Source of the DNA: Cladosporium halotolerans
Lineage: Eukaryota
Assembly: GCF_011745625.1 (NCBI RefSeq)
Contig: NW_027191497.1
Span: 114,961-134,960 of the forward strand
Reading direction: 5' to 3'
DNA: 20,000 bases
The notes beneath the pieces are model-generated. The model searched no databases. It saw only the letters and a list, made by a program, of their open reading frames with translations, and was not told the origin of the DNA. Below, piece by piece: positions 1-10,622 of the stretch (the first letter of the stretch is position 1; the number at the start of each line of letters is the position of its first letter). A program made the translations under genes and the position numbers.

Positions 1-578
1 AGCGTGCTGGCTGCGGCAGAGTTGGGAGTCTGTGAGCCAGTGCCGCGAGTGTGAGGTGTGCCGCCTTCGTCTGAGGAAGGATCTGGGGTGCCCGGTCGGC
101 TGTTTTGGGAGCTGAAGTTGGGTCGCAGGAGTGAGGTGAGGGACGGTGATGGTGGAAGAGGTGTTGGTGGTCGATTGTAGAAGGGCGGTGCGAATGCAGA
201 AGGTGCGAGGTATGTGTGACTGCGGGAGTGCTGGTGGTAGAACTTGTGTGCCGGAGGAAGAGAGGTGATGTGTCCGCTTTCTTCCTCTGATGCCTCCTCG
301 TCTGAGGCCGAGTCGCCTGGAGAGAAAGTTCGGGCCTCATGCGCGTCAAGGGCAAAGTCTTCGATCGATGCAGGCTCGGATGGAGAGGTTATGTCGTCTG
401 GCGAGAGGAGGCCTTGGTCTGGCCGGGTATTGGTAGGTGTAGCATTTGCGGTGCTTGAGTCGCTGTTCTGGGCAGAGGTGATCGAGTGTAGGGTGGGAAG
501 GTTCGGGGTGGATTTCGAGTATATGCCCGCCGGCTTGGAAGGCGGCTTGTGCGAGTCGCCTCGACTTTGGGGTGGCAT
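1..578 (-). CDS. GPI19: PIG-P/Gpi19 subunit of GPI-GlcNAc transferase, 5' part (runs off the window start)
   Basis: Not in the ORF track. Frame is open from ATG 578-576 (context cacaATGc) to the window edge: MPPQSRGDSHKPPSKPAG...SAFAPPFYNRPPTPLPPSPSLTSLLRPNFSSQNSRPGTPD. I recognise the FAPPFYxRPPTPLPPSPSLTSLLRP block as the N-terminal extension of Pezizomycotina PIG-P proteins. The PIG-P domain itself lies outside the window. Confidence 0.75.
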   Translation of the reverse strand, partial: MPPQSRGDSHKPPSKPAGIYSKSTPNLPTLHSITSAQNSDSSTANATPTNTRPDQGLLSPDDITSPSEPASIEDFALDAHEARTFSPGDSASDEEASEEESGHITSLPPAHKFYHQHSRSHTYLAPSAFAPPFYNRPPTPLPPSPSLTSLLRPNFSSQNSRPGTPDPSSDEGGTPHTRGTGSQTPNSAAAST

Positions 579-922
579 TGTGTGTAGTGCCAATGGTGTC
601 CAGTGTGGATAGGACTGGCCGTGGCCCAAGTTGGACGGGTGTGATGGGGTCGCGCGTGGGGGAGGCTCGCGTTGCGCCAGATTTCCCCACGCCTCATCTT
701 CACCCCAGACATCAGTGACTTGAAGCCAACCAACCAAATCGTACGTCTTGTCATCAGTTGCAGAATACCATTTCGATCGGTCCAGTATCTCGATCTTCCC
801 TGGATCCACAAATAGTAGAGAATACAAATCGTTCAATTCCCTGTGAACACTGGACGCAAAAGTTTGCAGAGGACGACGGCTCTTCTTCCTATACAAAAGA
901 AGCATCCGGCCTGTCACGAAAC
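579..922. promoter_or_regulatory. Compact divergent promoter region shared by GPI19 and NTA1
   Basis: 344 bp between the two head-to-head start codons; inferred from gene arrangement only. Confidence 0.5.
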
Positions 923-1966
923 ATGAAGATCGCGACTCTGCAACTCGACTCCAAAATTCGGAATGTCACGACAAACATCGCCACTGCAGACTCCATCCTA
1001 GCATCTTCTCCGCCCCCTCCGGACCTTGACCTTCTGGTACTGCCGGAACTGGCTTTCACAGGCTACAACTATCCTTCGTACGATTCGATCCAACCTTACC
1101 TTGAGCCCACAACTGCAGGCGCCACGACAAAATGGGCCATCGCTACTGCCACACGCCTGAGGTGTCACGTAATCGTCGGATATCCTGAAATATCAACAGA
1201 CATCGACGAGGATCGCCAACCTACGACGGATGGAGAGCCCGTACATAAACGATACAACTCCACAGTAACTGTCAGCCCAACTGGCGAAATCCTAGCCAAC
1301 TATCGCAAATCTTTCCTTTACTACACCGATGAGAGTTGGGCAGCGGAAGGCCCTGCAGGCTTCTACTGCGACTCTCTCGGCTCATTGGGCAAGGTGGGCC
1401 TTGGTATCTGCATGGATATTAATCCTTACCAGTTTTCCGCGCCTTGGGACAAATACGAGTTCGCCACACATGTCTTGTCTGGTGGCGCGAAGTTGATCGT
1501 CATGTCCATGGCGTGGCTGACGACACTACCGAAGGAGGAGATCAAGGTGCTCCCTGGCCAGCCTGCTTTGGAAACCGTAGGCTACTGGCTGCAACGGTTT
1601 GAGCCTGCGATCGAAGCGAGCAAATCTGGAGAGGACATCACAGTGGTGTTCTCGAACAGGATTGGGATCGAGTGGAACGAAGTCAAAGAACTTACCACGA
1701 AGACTGGACAAGTTATTCCCCTAGGCGATGAAGTCTGTTATGCTGGGAGCAGTTGCGCCATGAGATTCAGTAATGGAGAGGTCAGCATTTTGGATATGCT
1801 TGGAAAGGGAGAGGAGGGATTGTTACTTGTTGACACCGATATCGTAAGTCTTGTTGAAGACAGGAGTGCCTCAGCCAATTGAGCTAACGACCAGCAGCCT
1901 GCCAAGTACGCTTTGCGACTCAGAGAACGCATAACAACCAACGAAGAAGAAGAAGATACAAGTTAA
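923..1966 (+). CDS. NTA1: Protein N-terminal Asn/Gln amidase (nitrilase/CN-hydrolase family); exons 923-1843 and 1895-1966
   Basis: Starts MKIATLQ at ATG 923. Nitrilase triad motifs: LVLPELAFTGYNY (Glu), YRKSFLYYTDESWA (Lys), GICMDINPY (Cys). Phase-0 intron GTAAGT(1844)...GCTAAC...CAG(1894). Last exon QPAKYALRLRERITTNEEEEDTS*, with AATAAA overlapping the stop. Confidence 0.88.
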
Positions 1967-2380
1967 TAAACCGTTCACGATTACCGTCATTCTTCGTTTA
2001 AGCCATACCCTTTGCGGCCATCCATTGACGAAGTGCGACGCAGATCGGAACTTTTCCAACGTTCGATTCACTATTCCATGGCTTATGTCGCCTTCTCAAT
2101 TCCTTAAGATTCTACTCGCGCAGAGTACAGCAGATAATGAGAGGTGCATCACACGCGTGGTGAAGATGGCTTCAAGTTGTCGTCTCAAGCAAAGCCCGAC
2201 AGACTTTCAGCACACAAGACGAACTTCTTTAGCCGGCTACTCCGGAATGCAGATCGCACCTGTCGTTCCGACTTTGCAGTCATCATTGAGTGCTCCACTC
2301 GGAATCAGATCCCACGAGGCTCCGATCATGGTCACAAATGTCTTTGCCAAGCATACCAAGTCGCCAAGTCTTGCTAATGA

Positions 2381-2554
2381 GCGGAGAATATATGGGGAAT
2401 GGGGTGTGGAGGCGACCGACACCCCTCATGTGGTCCCGACAAAATACGAGTAATCCTCAAAGATGGTTGGCGATGTTGCGAGTCGCGTTGACGTCGTCAT
2501 GGTGGGCAGGGCATGGATGCGAAGATATATAAATGCGCTCTACCTAGCGTGGGG
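2381..2554 (+). promoter_or_regulatory. Beta-galactosidase promoter: TATA box and CreA/Mig1-type sites
   Basis: TATATAAA at 2526-2533, about 70 bp before the ATG. SYGGRG matches at 2381 (GCGGAG), 2406 (GTGGAG) and 2549 (GTGGGG). These are short motifs and chance matches are possible. Confidence 0.45.
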
Positions 2555-2599
2555 TCTTAACGCAAGCCACACCCGGTCCTCCATTCGAGCACTGGCAAC

Positions 2600-5500
2600 A
2601 TGAGCGCTATGTCGAGCGTGTCAACCTTCCCAGGGTTTGTTCCTGATTGGTCCAACCTTGATGTCCTCCATCGGAACGAGGTCCCGGCTAGGGCTATCTT
2701 TTACAACTATGCTTCTGAGGCCGCCGCCTTGTCATTTAGCAAATCTGAAGCTGAATATGAAAGCCTGAACGGAGATTGGAAGTTCAACTACGCCGACTCC
2801 CCATTCGATGCTCCAGCATGGGATGAAGCTGAGTCGTGGGATACCATTGAGGTCCCAGGTCACTGGCAGAGACAAGGATACGGACGCCCTCACTACACCA
2901 ACATCCACTATCCTTTCCCGGTTTCACCTCCGAATGTGTCCTATCAAAATCCTACCGGCTCCTACTGGCGTCAATTCGAAGTTCCGGAGAAGTGGGATGG
3001 TCAGCACATCCGTGTTCGCTTCGAAGGCGTCGACAGCGCATTCCACGTTTACGTCAACGGAGACGAGGTCGGATACAGTCAAGGAGCTCGCAACCCTGCG
3101 GAGTTTGATATCACCGAATACCTTTCACCTGGCCAAAGCAACAACCTTTCTGCCCGGGTTTATCAATGGTCTGATGGGTCTTATCTCGAAGATCAGGATC
3201 AATGGTGGCTGTCCGGTATCTTCCGCGACGTGTACTTGATGCCTTTCTCTGAATCCTCAATCCAAGACTACCAAATCGTGCCGCATGTTGCTGATGACTT
3301 CAAGTCTGGGTTCTTCAGCTTCAACATTACAACTGCCGGTGGCAACGGAACTGTCAGTGCAAAACTTCTCGCTCCGAACGGGGCGGAGCTTGAGACCTAT
3401 GAAGGATCAGCGTCTGGAAACATTACCATGCAGGTCTCTGGGGGTGACTTCCACCTTTGGTCTGCCGAAACACCGACGCTCTACACGGTGGTTTTGAACT
3501 TAGGTGAACAGTACATCAGCCAAAAAGTCGGTTTCCACCGTATCGAACTCAGCGGTCCCAACATGCTGGTCAACGGTGAGCCTATCATCATCTACGGTGT
3601 GAACAGGCACGAGCACAACTCCGAGTCTGGCAGAACAGTCCCTTACGAGGCTATGCGTGCCGACATGATCCGCATGAAGCAGAGCAACATCAACGCCATC
3701 CGCGCTGCTCATCAACCCCACCACCCTGACTTCTTCGACCTTGCGGATGAGTTGGGCTTCTATGTCATTGCAGAGGCAGACTTGGAATGCCATGGCTTCA
3801 ACGACATCAACGACACCGTCTATGGTGCTTCTCAGTGGACCTCAAACAACACCGATTGGACCGGCGCCTACCTTGATCGTGCCGAACAACTTGTTGACAG
3901 ACTGCGAAACCACGTCTCCATCATCATCTGGTCTCTCGGCAACGAGTGCTACTATGGTCAAAACCATGTCGAAATGTACAACTGGATTCACGAGACCGAC
4001 CCCACCCGCCTTGTGCACTATGAGCCTGACCAGAATGCTACATCGACCGATATGTACAGCCACATGTACCCATCACTCGAGGACATGGACGAGCAGATTA
4101 GTAATTTCACAGACAAATTCTACATCCTCTGCGAGTATGCCCACGCCATGGGCAACGGTCCCGGAGGTCTCGTTGAGTACGTCAACAAGTTCAGGACTGA
4201 GCCCCTCATCCAAGGTGGACTCGTGTGGGAATGGAACAACCATGGTCTGAGGCACGAGCAAAATGGCACTGAGTTCTACGCTTATGGCGGTGACTTCGGC
4301 GACTACCCGAACGATGCCGACTTCATCATGGACGGTCTCACCCTGTCCGACCACACGCCCATGCCATCTCTCTATGAGTACGCTAAGATCATTCAGCCTG
4401 TTGAGGTAAAGCTTTCCAACGATTCTACTCAGATGATGATCAGGAACTGGTACGACTTCCTCGATTTGTCTCATCTGGATGCTTCCTGGCATATCGTTCG
4501 TGACGGCGGTGCCAACGCTTCTACTTCTACTCCACTCAACGTCTCTGTCGCCGCGGGAGAAACCGTATCTGTTCCAGTTCCAATTAATCGCAACACTCTC
4601 GATTCCGAGGCTTGGCTGACGGTCGAGTTTGCTCTCAAGGAGGACCATGCCTGGGCTCCGGCAGGCCATGTTGTTGCCTTCGATCAGCTCTACCTTGAAG
4701 GCCCCATGGCTGGCCAGTCAAACAGCACTCTGCAGACACGCTCCTCTTTCGCGCTATCTAACCGCCAAACCGAAGTCAACATGACTCAAACAGGCAACCG
4801 AATCATGGTCCACAGCGGCGACTCGACCTTCGGCTTCGACCTCGTCCGCGGCAACGTCACATGGACTTCCAACGGCGTTGACCTCTTCAACCGTGGCCCG
4901 GAGCTGTATTTCTACCGTGCCATGACGCAAAACGACAACGGCCAGAGCGGCGACGCCGAGTTCTGGAACGACGCCTGGGTCCACTCCATGCGCACTCAAG
5001 TCCGCGACGTCTTCTGGGAAGACACCGGCGATGCGCTCGAGGTCCGCTACAACGTCCGTGTCGCCCCTCAGGTCCTCGAATGGGGCGCGGAAGCAGACAT
5101 CATCTACACGATCCCGCATGATGAAGGCGCGCTCTCCATCCACGCCCAAGGCGACTTCGTCGGCAACAACACGCCCGAGGTCCTCCCTCGCATCGGTCTC
5201 CTGACCCATCTCAACCAAGACTTCGACGATGTCGCCTGGTTCGGCCGCGGCCCAGGGGAGAATTACCCCGACTCGAAGCAATCCCAGCTTTTCGGCGAGT
5301 ACTCGTCGTCCGTCGCCGAACTCTTCACCTATTACGACTACCCGCAAGAGAACGGCAACCGCGGCGAGCTACGCTGGCTACAGATCGGCAACCCGAACGC
5401 AGGCCTTACGCTCGACGCGCGCATGGACGGCGAGCCGTTCAGTTTCACGGCCAAGCGCGTGTCGGACTACGACCTCAACGACGCGCAGCACCCGCACGAC

Positions 5501-5644
5501 CTGCAGCAGCTGAACATGACGATCCTGAACCTGGACATGAAGAACAACGGTCTGGGCAGCGCGACGGTGGGCCCGAGGCCTTTCGAGCAGTACAAGTGCT
5601 ATTCTGGGCCGTTTGACTTTACCTTTCACTTGAAGTTGGTGTAG
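2600..5644 (+). CDS. Glycoside hydrolase family 2 beta-galactosidase (LacZ/LAC4/EbgA-like), 1014 aa, intronless
   Basis: Motifs FEGVDSAF, EDQDQWWLSGIFRDV, GVNRHEH, acid/base WSLGNE, nucleophile LCEYAHAMGN, YGGDFGDYPND, and C-terminal WFGRGPGENYPD and YPQENGNR. Confidence 0.96.
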   Translation: MSAMSSVSTFPGFVPDWSNLDVLHRNEVPARAIFYNYASEAAALSFSKSEAEYESLNGDWKFNYADSPFDAPAWDEAESWDTIEVPGHWQRQGYGRPHYTNIHYPFPVSPPNVSYQNPTGSYWRQFEVPEKWDGQHIRVRFEGVDSAFHVYVNGDEVGYSQGARNPAEFDITEYLSPGQSNNLSARVYQWSDGSYLEDQDQWWLSGIFRDVYLMPFSESSIQDYQIVPHVADDFKSGFFSFNITTAGGNGTVSAKLLAPNGAELETYEGSASGNITMQVSGGDFHLWSAETPTLYTVVLNLGEQYISQKVGFHRIELSGPNMLVNGEPIIIYGVNRHEHNSESGRTVPYEAMRADMIRMKQSNINAIRAAHQPHHPDFFDLADELGFYVIAEADLECHGFNDINDTVYGASQWTSNNTDWTGAYLDRAEQLVDRLRNHVSIIIWSLGNECYYGQNHVEMYNWIHETDPTRLVHYEPDQNATSTDMYSHMYPSLEDMDEQISNFTDKFYILCEYAHAMGNGPGGLVEYVNKFRTEPLIQGGLVWEWNNHGLRHEQNGTEFYAYGGDFGDYPNDADFIMDGLTLSDHTPMPSLYEYAKIIQPVEVKLSNDSTQMMIRNWYDFLDLSHLDASWHIVRDGGANASTSTPLNVSVAAGETVSVPVPINRNTLDSEAWLTVEFALKEDHAWAPAGHVVAFDQLYLEGPMAGQSNSTLQTRSSFALSNRQTEVNMTQTGNRIMVHSGDSTFGFDLVRGNVTWTSNGVDLFNRGPELYFYRAMTQNDNGQSGDAEFWNDAWVHSMRTQVRDVFWEDTGDALEVRYNVRVAPQVLEWGAEADIIYTIPHDEGALSIHAQGDFVGNNTPEVLPRIGLLTHLNQDFDDVAWFGRGPGENYPDSKQSQLFGEYSSSVAELFTYYDYPQENGNRGELRWLQIGNPNAGLTLDARMDGEPFSFTAKRVSDYDLNDAQHPHDLQQLNMTILNLDMKNNGLGSATVGPRPFEQYKCYSGPFDFTFHLKLV

Positions 5645-6071
5645 CTGAAGACTTCAGGTGGCGAGCAATGACTATGTAGCATGAAGATATGACGAAAATG
5701 AACAATATCTTGCATCACCTCGCGCTAAGAATGCGACACAGTCCAACCTGCCGCGCTTCTCAATGGCCAACCTGAATGAGTTTGCTGCTTCCCTCAAGCA
5801 CAATACAACATTCTGGCTTAATGCCGGTGAAGTGAAGTCAATGCGCGCTGTTTGTGCACGTGATCATCAAACAGCTTTCACTGTTGTCTGTCGCCTGATC
5901 AATATGAGCGCGCGCGCGCCCGACCTCTCCTTCAAAAGCGCGACTGTTTGCTCGTTTGCGCTTCCCACTCATATCCTTCATCGATTTTGTATCGGACTAT
6001 ACATTCAACGCTACCACACTCACCACCTCACACCTTTTGTCAATGCTACTCCACGGGTACGCATACGACAA

Positions 6072-7112
6072 ATGGCTTCCTTCAAAAGTCTCCCTCCGGA
6101 GATCCGCGAGATCATCTATGGCTACGCTCTCGCCTTCGACACGCCGTTGAGTCACGTCAACAGAATGCAGCCATTTGTCAAGAAGCTCACTGGAGTCGAT
6201 GGAGAGATACCTGTGGCCTCGTGCTTCCTGCAATGGGATCCTGGAGTTCTCTCTGAGTCGACTGAAGAATGCAGCCTCGAGTCAGACAGCGAGCGCGACA
6301 CCGAGCTCGACAGCGGCCCCAACAGTGAGCCTACAAGCGATCACGGTGGCGATGTTGAAATAAACCACGACAGCGAATGCATCTCTAGATACGGTAGCGG
6401 CTCTGACCACGAAGATGAGCGGAATCGTGTCAACACTGCGATCTTGACAGTCGACAAGCGTACCTACAAGGAAGCTATCGCCGTATTTTACAAGATCAAC
6501 TTCATCCATTTTGACTTCGATCTTATCCACATGACGATGACCTCTCCGCACGGGAGTGACCTATCTCTGGCAACTCGAGTGTTTACCAGGGCTGGAACTC
6601 CTCTGAAATCTCTCGAATACTTGCAGGTCATGCATACCGACCGTGCCGTTGCGGCACTCAGTAACATGTTGCCAACGCTGTCCGAAGCCACTCTGCAGGT
6701 GACCACTGACTCCTCCTTTACGGCACTCTTGCAACTCTTCGAGTATGTCAGACAATGTCGCCTCGAGGCACCGCGTTTTAATGCTCGCTTTGATGGCGTT
6801 GGATCCGTGGCAGCAGATATTCACCCAAGGATCCACCTAGCTTTGAAGTACGATAAAATCGTACAGCATTGGCGGGAGTTGGCCAACGATCCCTATCCAG
6901 CTCAAAGCTGTCTCCTCAATTTTCCCAGTGCCCGCACTCTGAAACGCATGAAGGAAGACGGCCGCCTGGAACCCCATGGCCGTATTATGACGCTTCTGCA
7001 GAACGTCTACAATAGCTATTTGCTTGACGACATTTTTGAGGACGACGAGGACAGCTACGAATTCTGGACCGTGATTGAAGACTGGCTTGTCAACGCTGAT
7101 ATCAACAGCTGA
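6072..7112 (+). CDS. Hypothetical 346-aa protein with an N-terminal F-box-like motif
   Basis: Likely start ATG 6072 (acaaATGg), giving MASFKSLPPEIREIIYGYAL, a typical fungal F-box-like FxxLPxEIRxxIY motif. It is followed by an acidic insert and a TAILTVDKRTYKEAIAVFYKIN motif common in these orphan families. Confidence 0.7.
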   Translation: MASFKSLPPEIREIIYGYALAFDTPLSHVNRMQPFVKKLTGVDGEIPVASCFLQWDPGVLSESTEECSLESDSERDTELDSGPNSEPTSDHGGDVEINHDSECISRYGSGSDHEDERNRVNTAILTVDKRTYKEAIAVFYKINFIHFDFDLIHMTMTSPHGSDLSLATRVFTRAGTPLKSLEYLQVMHTDRAVAALSNMLPTLSEATLQVTTDSSFTALLQLFEYVRQCRLEAPRFNARFDGVGSVAADIHPRIHLALKYDKIVQHWRELANDPYPAQSCLLNFPSARTLKRMKEDGRLEPHGRIMTLLQNVYNSYLLDDIFEDDEDSYEFWTVIEDWLVNADINS

Positions 7113-8666
7113 GACCAATGTTCAACCTCCGGCACTCTTCCGCAATCTTGCAGCGCATGCGATCTTCGAGGGAAAATGCAATCATGGCGAGTGGGCGGAG
7201 ATGTAGCACTCTACATTCTCGTACGATAACGGAGGCCCAAGATTGTACTCCAATGAAGGAGACTTTGTAGAGGTTTCTCTCGACCACTATAGTCTTACGG
7301 GCAACCTCAGGATTCTGCGAGCTTGGTGATCACGCGCTGAACGATCGATTATTTCTTGTTCTTGGAGCGAATTTGTAACGATCAACAATAGCGAAGCTCT
7401 GGGATGCGACACGGCTGAAGTTTTTCGATTCAAAGGGCTCTCCCATGTAGTTCAGATGTTCTGAGCTACTCGCATCACTCGTCAATGCGGACGGGAAATG
7501 ACGATGCATTGAATTTCCGAGGATGGCAAGCCTGGTAGGTAAATAGTACATAGATGGAATTCATAAACTGTTGCATTTGAGGACATACAAGTGTCAGGGA
7601 ATCTTTCAGAACTCACATACGAATCTCCGACTTCTCAGGCATTCCAAGGGAAAAGTGCCCGGCTGCCCTCCCCTGCAATCCTGCAAACCCATATGGACAC
7701 TCGAAGAGCCCGCGTGCTGGCCAAGCGATCAATCTCACACGAACGCAAGGCCAGCACCACCTCGACGGCGGTTCGCCATCTCTGAGACACCTTTGCAGTG
7801 TGGCAAAGAAGTGCGACGTCCTTTTCATAGGAGAGTCCACGTAGCGCAGGCTTTTAACTCAGCAGTGAAGATATGTCGTCGCCTTGCTAGACTCGCTCGG
7901 TACTGAAGGGAAAAGAAAGGAATAGTTCCAAGCAGACTTCCGGACAACCGAGCCACATGTCGAACGGAAGACGCAACACGAGTAGACGACAACGAACTCT
8001 CTCAATCAACGACCTCCCACCGCAAGAGCGCCGGCCAAATGAGTATCCGCGGACTGACACAATTGCGATGTCACAGCGACGACAGTAAACCATCTCTGGA
8101 AGCGAGAAGCCGTTATCTTGCGGACCAATCGACAGTTGGACGTCAGCGTGTGGGCTTGTTTCCGACTGGCGCAGTCTGCAGCTCACGGACACCGAGCAGC
8201 GCAGCAGATTCGATGATTGATGGTCGTGGCAAGCGGTCCTTAGCTTACGTAGGTGAAGGGAAGTCGGGAGCAGGTACTGCGGCGGTGAAGGTATGAGCCA
8301 GAAGGTCCTTATTATCGGTGAGCCCTGTCAAGGATCCAATAGTCGACGCAGTCGACGCAACCATGAAGTTGTAAGGTTTAGGCCCTAAACAGGGTAAGAT
8401 CTAGATTATACTCGGATCATTTCACGTCAGCTCGACATTTACACATGACACATTAAAGTATGAGATTCTGAGACAGTTCTTTCTTTTTTTCGTGTCGCTC
8501 AAGCATGCTTTCATTTCATCTAGCGGCTCAGAGGCGTCCCGAAAAATAGAAGGGAAGCAAACATATTCTACCAACGCCGGTATACTCTCATGCCTGCCTG
8601 CCGACTAGCCTCTGTGCCACCAGCAGGGGTTTCCTCGAGAAGTAAAGTCCAACACACCTTCCACGC

Positions 8667-9585
8667 TTAAGCCTCGGTCTCGAAGGCGTCGGGGAAGCGG
8701 CGCATGTTGTACTCAAGGGGACCCTTGGAGCTGAGGAACTGGACGTAGGCACCGTCGACACGGACCTTGCCCTCCTGGCGCTTGGTAACGTACTCCTCGC
8801 GGCGGAGGGGGGTGAAGCCCCAGTTCTTGGAGACGATGATCTTCTGGCGACCGGGGAACTTGTACTGGGAGCGACGGAGAGCCTCAATGACGTGAGCGCG
8901 GTCTGGGTTGTGGGTTAGTAATCTGCTTGGAGTGGCGGTTTTCGGTGGCGAAAAGGCTTACTGGAGTCGCGAGTACGGCAAGACAGGATGATCTGGCCGA
9001 TGTTGACACGGGCGACAAGGCCGTTGGGCTTGCCGAACGCACCACGCATACCGGTCTGCAGTCTATCGGCACCAGCGCACGACAACATCTTGTTGATGCG
9101 GACGACGTGGTACGGGTGGGCGCGGACGCGGAGGTGGAAACCTTCCTTACCGGCGGTCTTCACCATGTACCTTGAAGTGTGTTAGTATTCGCTGTCCCTG
9201 GCGAAGGGTTTCGCTTGGTGGGCACATACTTGTTGGCGCAAATACGGGCAGCCTCGAGGGCCTCGGAGGAGACCTGCTCATACTCGTTGGAGACGAGGTG
9301 GACACAGAGAGGGAACTCGTCAACGTTGGCGCGCTTGCGGCCAAGGTCGAAGATGCGAATCTTGGGGTCCGGCACACCACGGTTGAAGCGCGACTTAGGG
9401 TACGGCTATTATCCAGGCAGTCAGTATGCGTTTTCTTCCTCGTCTTGCCTCCGCTCGCCGCCCATCTCGATTCCTTCTCTTGCGCTCCAGATTTTCGCTC
9501 GGTTTCATCGGTGGGCGGCGGTAGAGAAAATTGGCCGTACCTTGTTCTTGCAGTAGCGGTAGCATCTCGCGGGACGACGGGCCAT
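8667..9585 (-). CDS. RPL10: 60S ribosomal protein L10 (uL16), 221 aa; exons 9585-9541, 9405-9230, 9170-8962, 8902-8667
   Basis: Spliced product [37 protein letters not shown]...[25 protein letters not shown]...[17 protein letters not shown]. Three GT-AG introns (135, 59, 59 nt) with CTGAC/CTAAC branch points. Exons total 666 nt. Confidence 0.97.
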
Positions 9586-10073
9586 TTTGACGGTATTTCG
9601 GTGGTCGATGGGCGTGGGAGAGGCGAAGTGAGTCGGATGGGTGACGTTCTCCTACAAAGGCACAGCGCTTCGCGAGTCTTGGCGGGCCGGCTTAGAAATG
9701 CAGTGTGGGAAGCGGCAAGTCCGTCAAGATCGTGGAAGGTGGGCCGAGCACGCGCGCAGAGCAGCCGAAAGCCCGATTTTGGGGCTCAGGCTTTTATTGT
9801 ATGGTGGCAGTTATGCTTATAAACCAAGTCGGTGAATGTGCTTTGAAATCAAGAGAGCCAAGCATATGTGAATCACAGTACTGCAGTCAAAACGGCCAGA
9901 AGGCACGGTTGTATTGGAACCAAAAAGCATGGGTATCTACGCTATTTGCCCTTCGCCCGGGCGAACACCACCGAGCGCCAGTCCATCTTGACCTCGCTAG
10001 GGCGTTCAGTCCACAGGCCGGACTTGCCTCTTCCAAACGCTTTGACTACTTGCTCGAATCACCCGACGATAAT

Positions 10074-10622
10074 CTACTGGGTGTTGGCAGACAGGATGTC
10101 GGAGTCACCGGCGTCGAGGATGGCCATGGTGGAGCAACGGAAGAGCTTACCGCAGGCGGTACCAAGCTCGATCTGCATTACGGATTCAAGTCAGCCATTT
10201 GGTCCCTCCAAAGTCTCTATTGCAGAGAGCTTCTTCTCAGGGCTCCAGAGTATCAATGTCCTCCAGAGCCACAATCAAAGCTCCTTCGCAAGACATGCGA
10301 TTTTTTTCTCCTCAATCGGGTATGGAACGTACGTTGTTGCCGGTGAAGTGGTGGACGGCGGTCTTGCCGAGCATGGAGTAGTACTCGAGCTCAGACTTGC
10401 GGAGAGGCGGGGTGTTGCCAGCAATGATGATGAGCTTGGCCTTGCCGGAGCGGAGGGCCTTGAGGGTGGACTTGTAACCCAGAGTGACCTTGCCGGACTG
10501 TGGAAATTCGGTCAGTTTTGCGCTTCGTCTTTTGGCTGCTCGCAAAGGGAGCGCACCTTGATAGTCAGCGCCAGCTTGGCGTTGATGCTGTCAGCGGTCT
10601 TCGCGCCCTTCTTCGGTGCCAT
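10074..10622 (-). CDS. RPL30: 60S ribosomal protein L30 (eL30), 109 aa; exons 10622-10557, 10497-10333, 10172-10074
   Basis: [65 protein letters not shown]...[30 protein letters not shown]. Introns of 59 and 160 nt with CTGAC branch points. Confidence 0.97.

Noticed and set aside
758..922. N-terminal extension of the NTA1 ORF, and likewise 5763-6071 for the F-box-like ORF
   Set aside because: The 758 start is TTG. Family-typical N-termini begin at ATG 923 and ATG 6072.
2600..5644. Recent bacterial horizontal transfer of an intronless lacZ
   Set aside because: LacZ-type GH2 enzymes are widespread in fungi, native genes here (PRP2) are also intronless, and codon style matches the neighbours.
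7957..8088. 43-codon ORF MSNGRRNTSRRQRTLSINDLPPQERR... and neighbouring short ORFs at 7330-8296
   Set aside because: Too short, no recognisable motif, and no convincing splice model joining them.
10173..10332. Intronic box C/D snoRNA in RPL30 intron 2
   Set aside because: CUGA is present, but there is no proper RUGAUGA C box and no recognisable rRNA guide.
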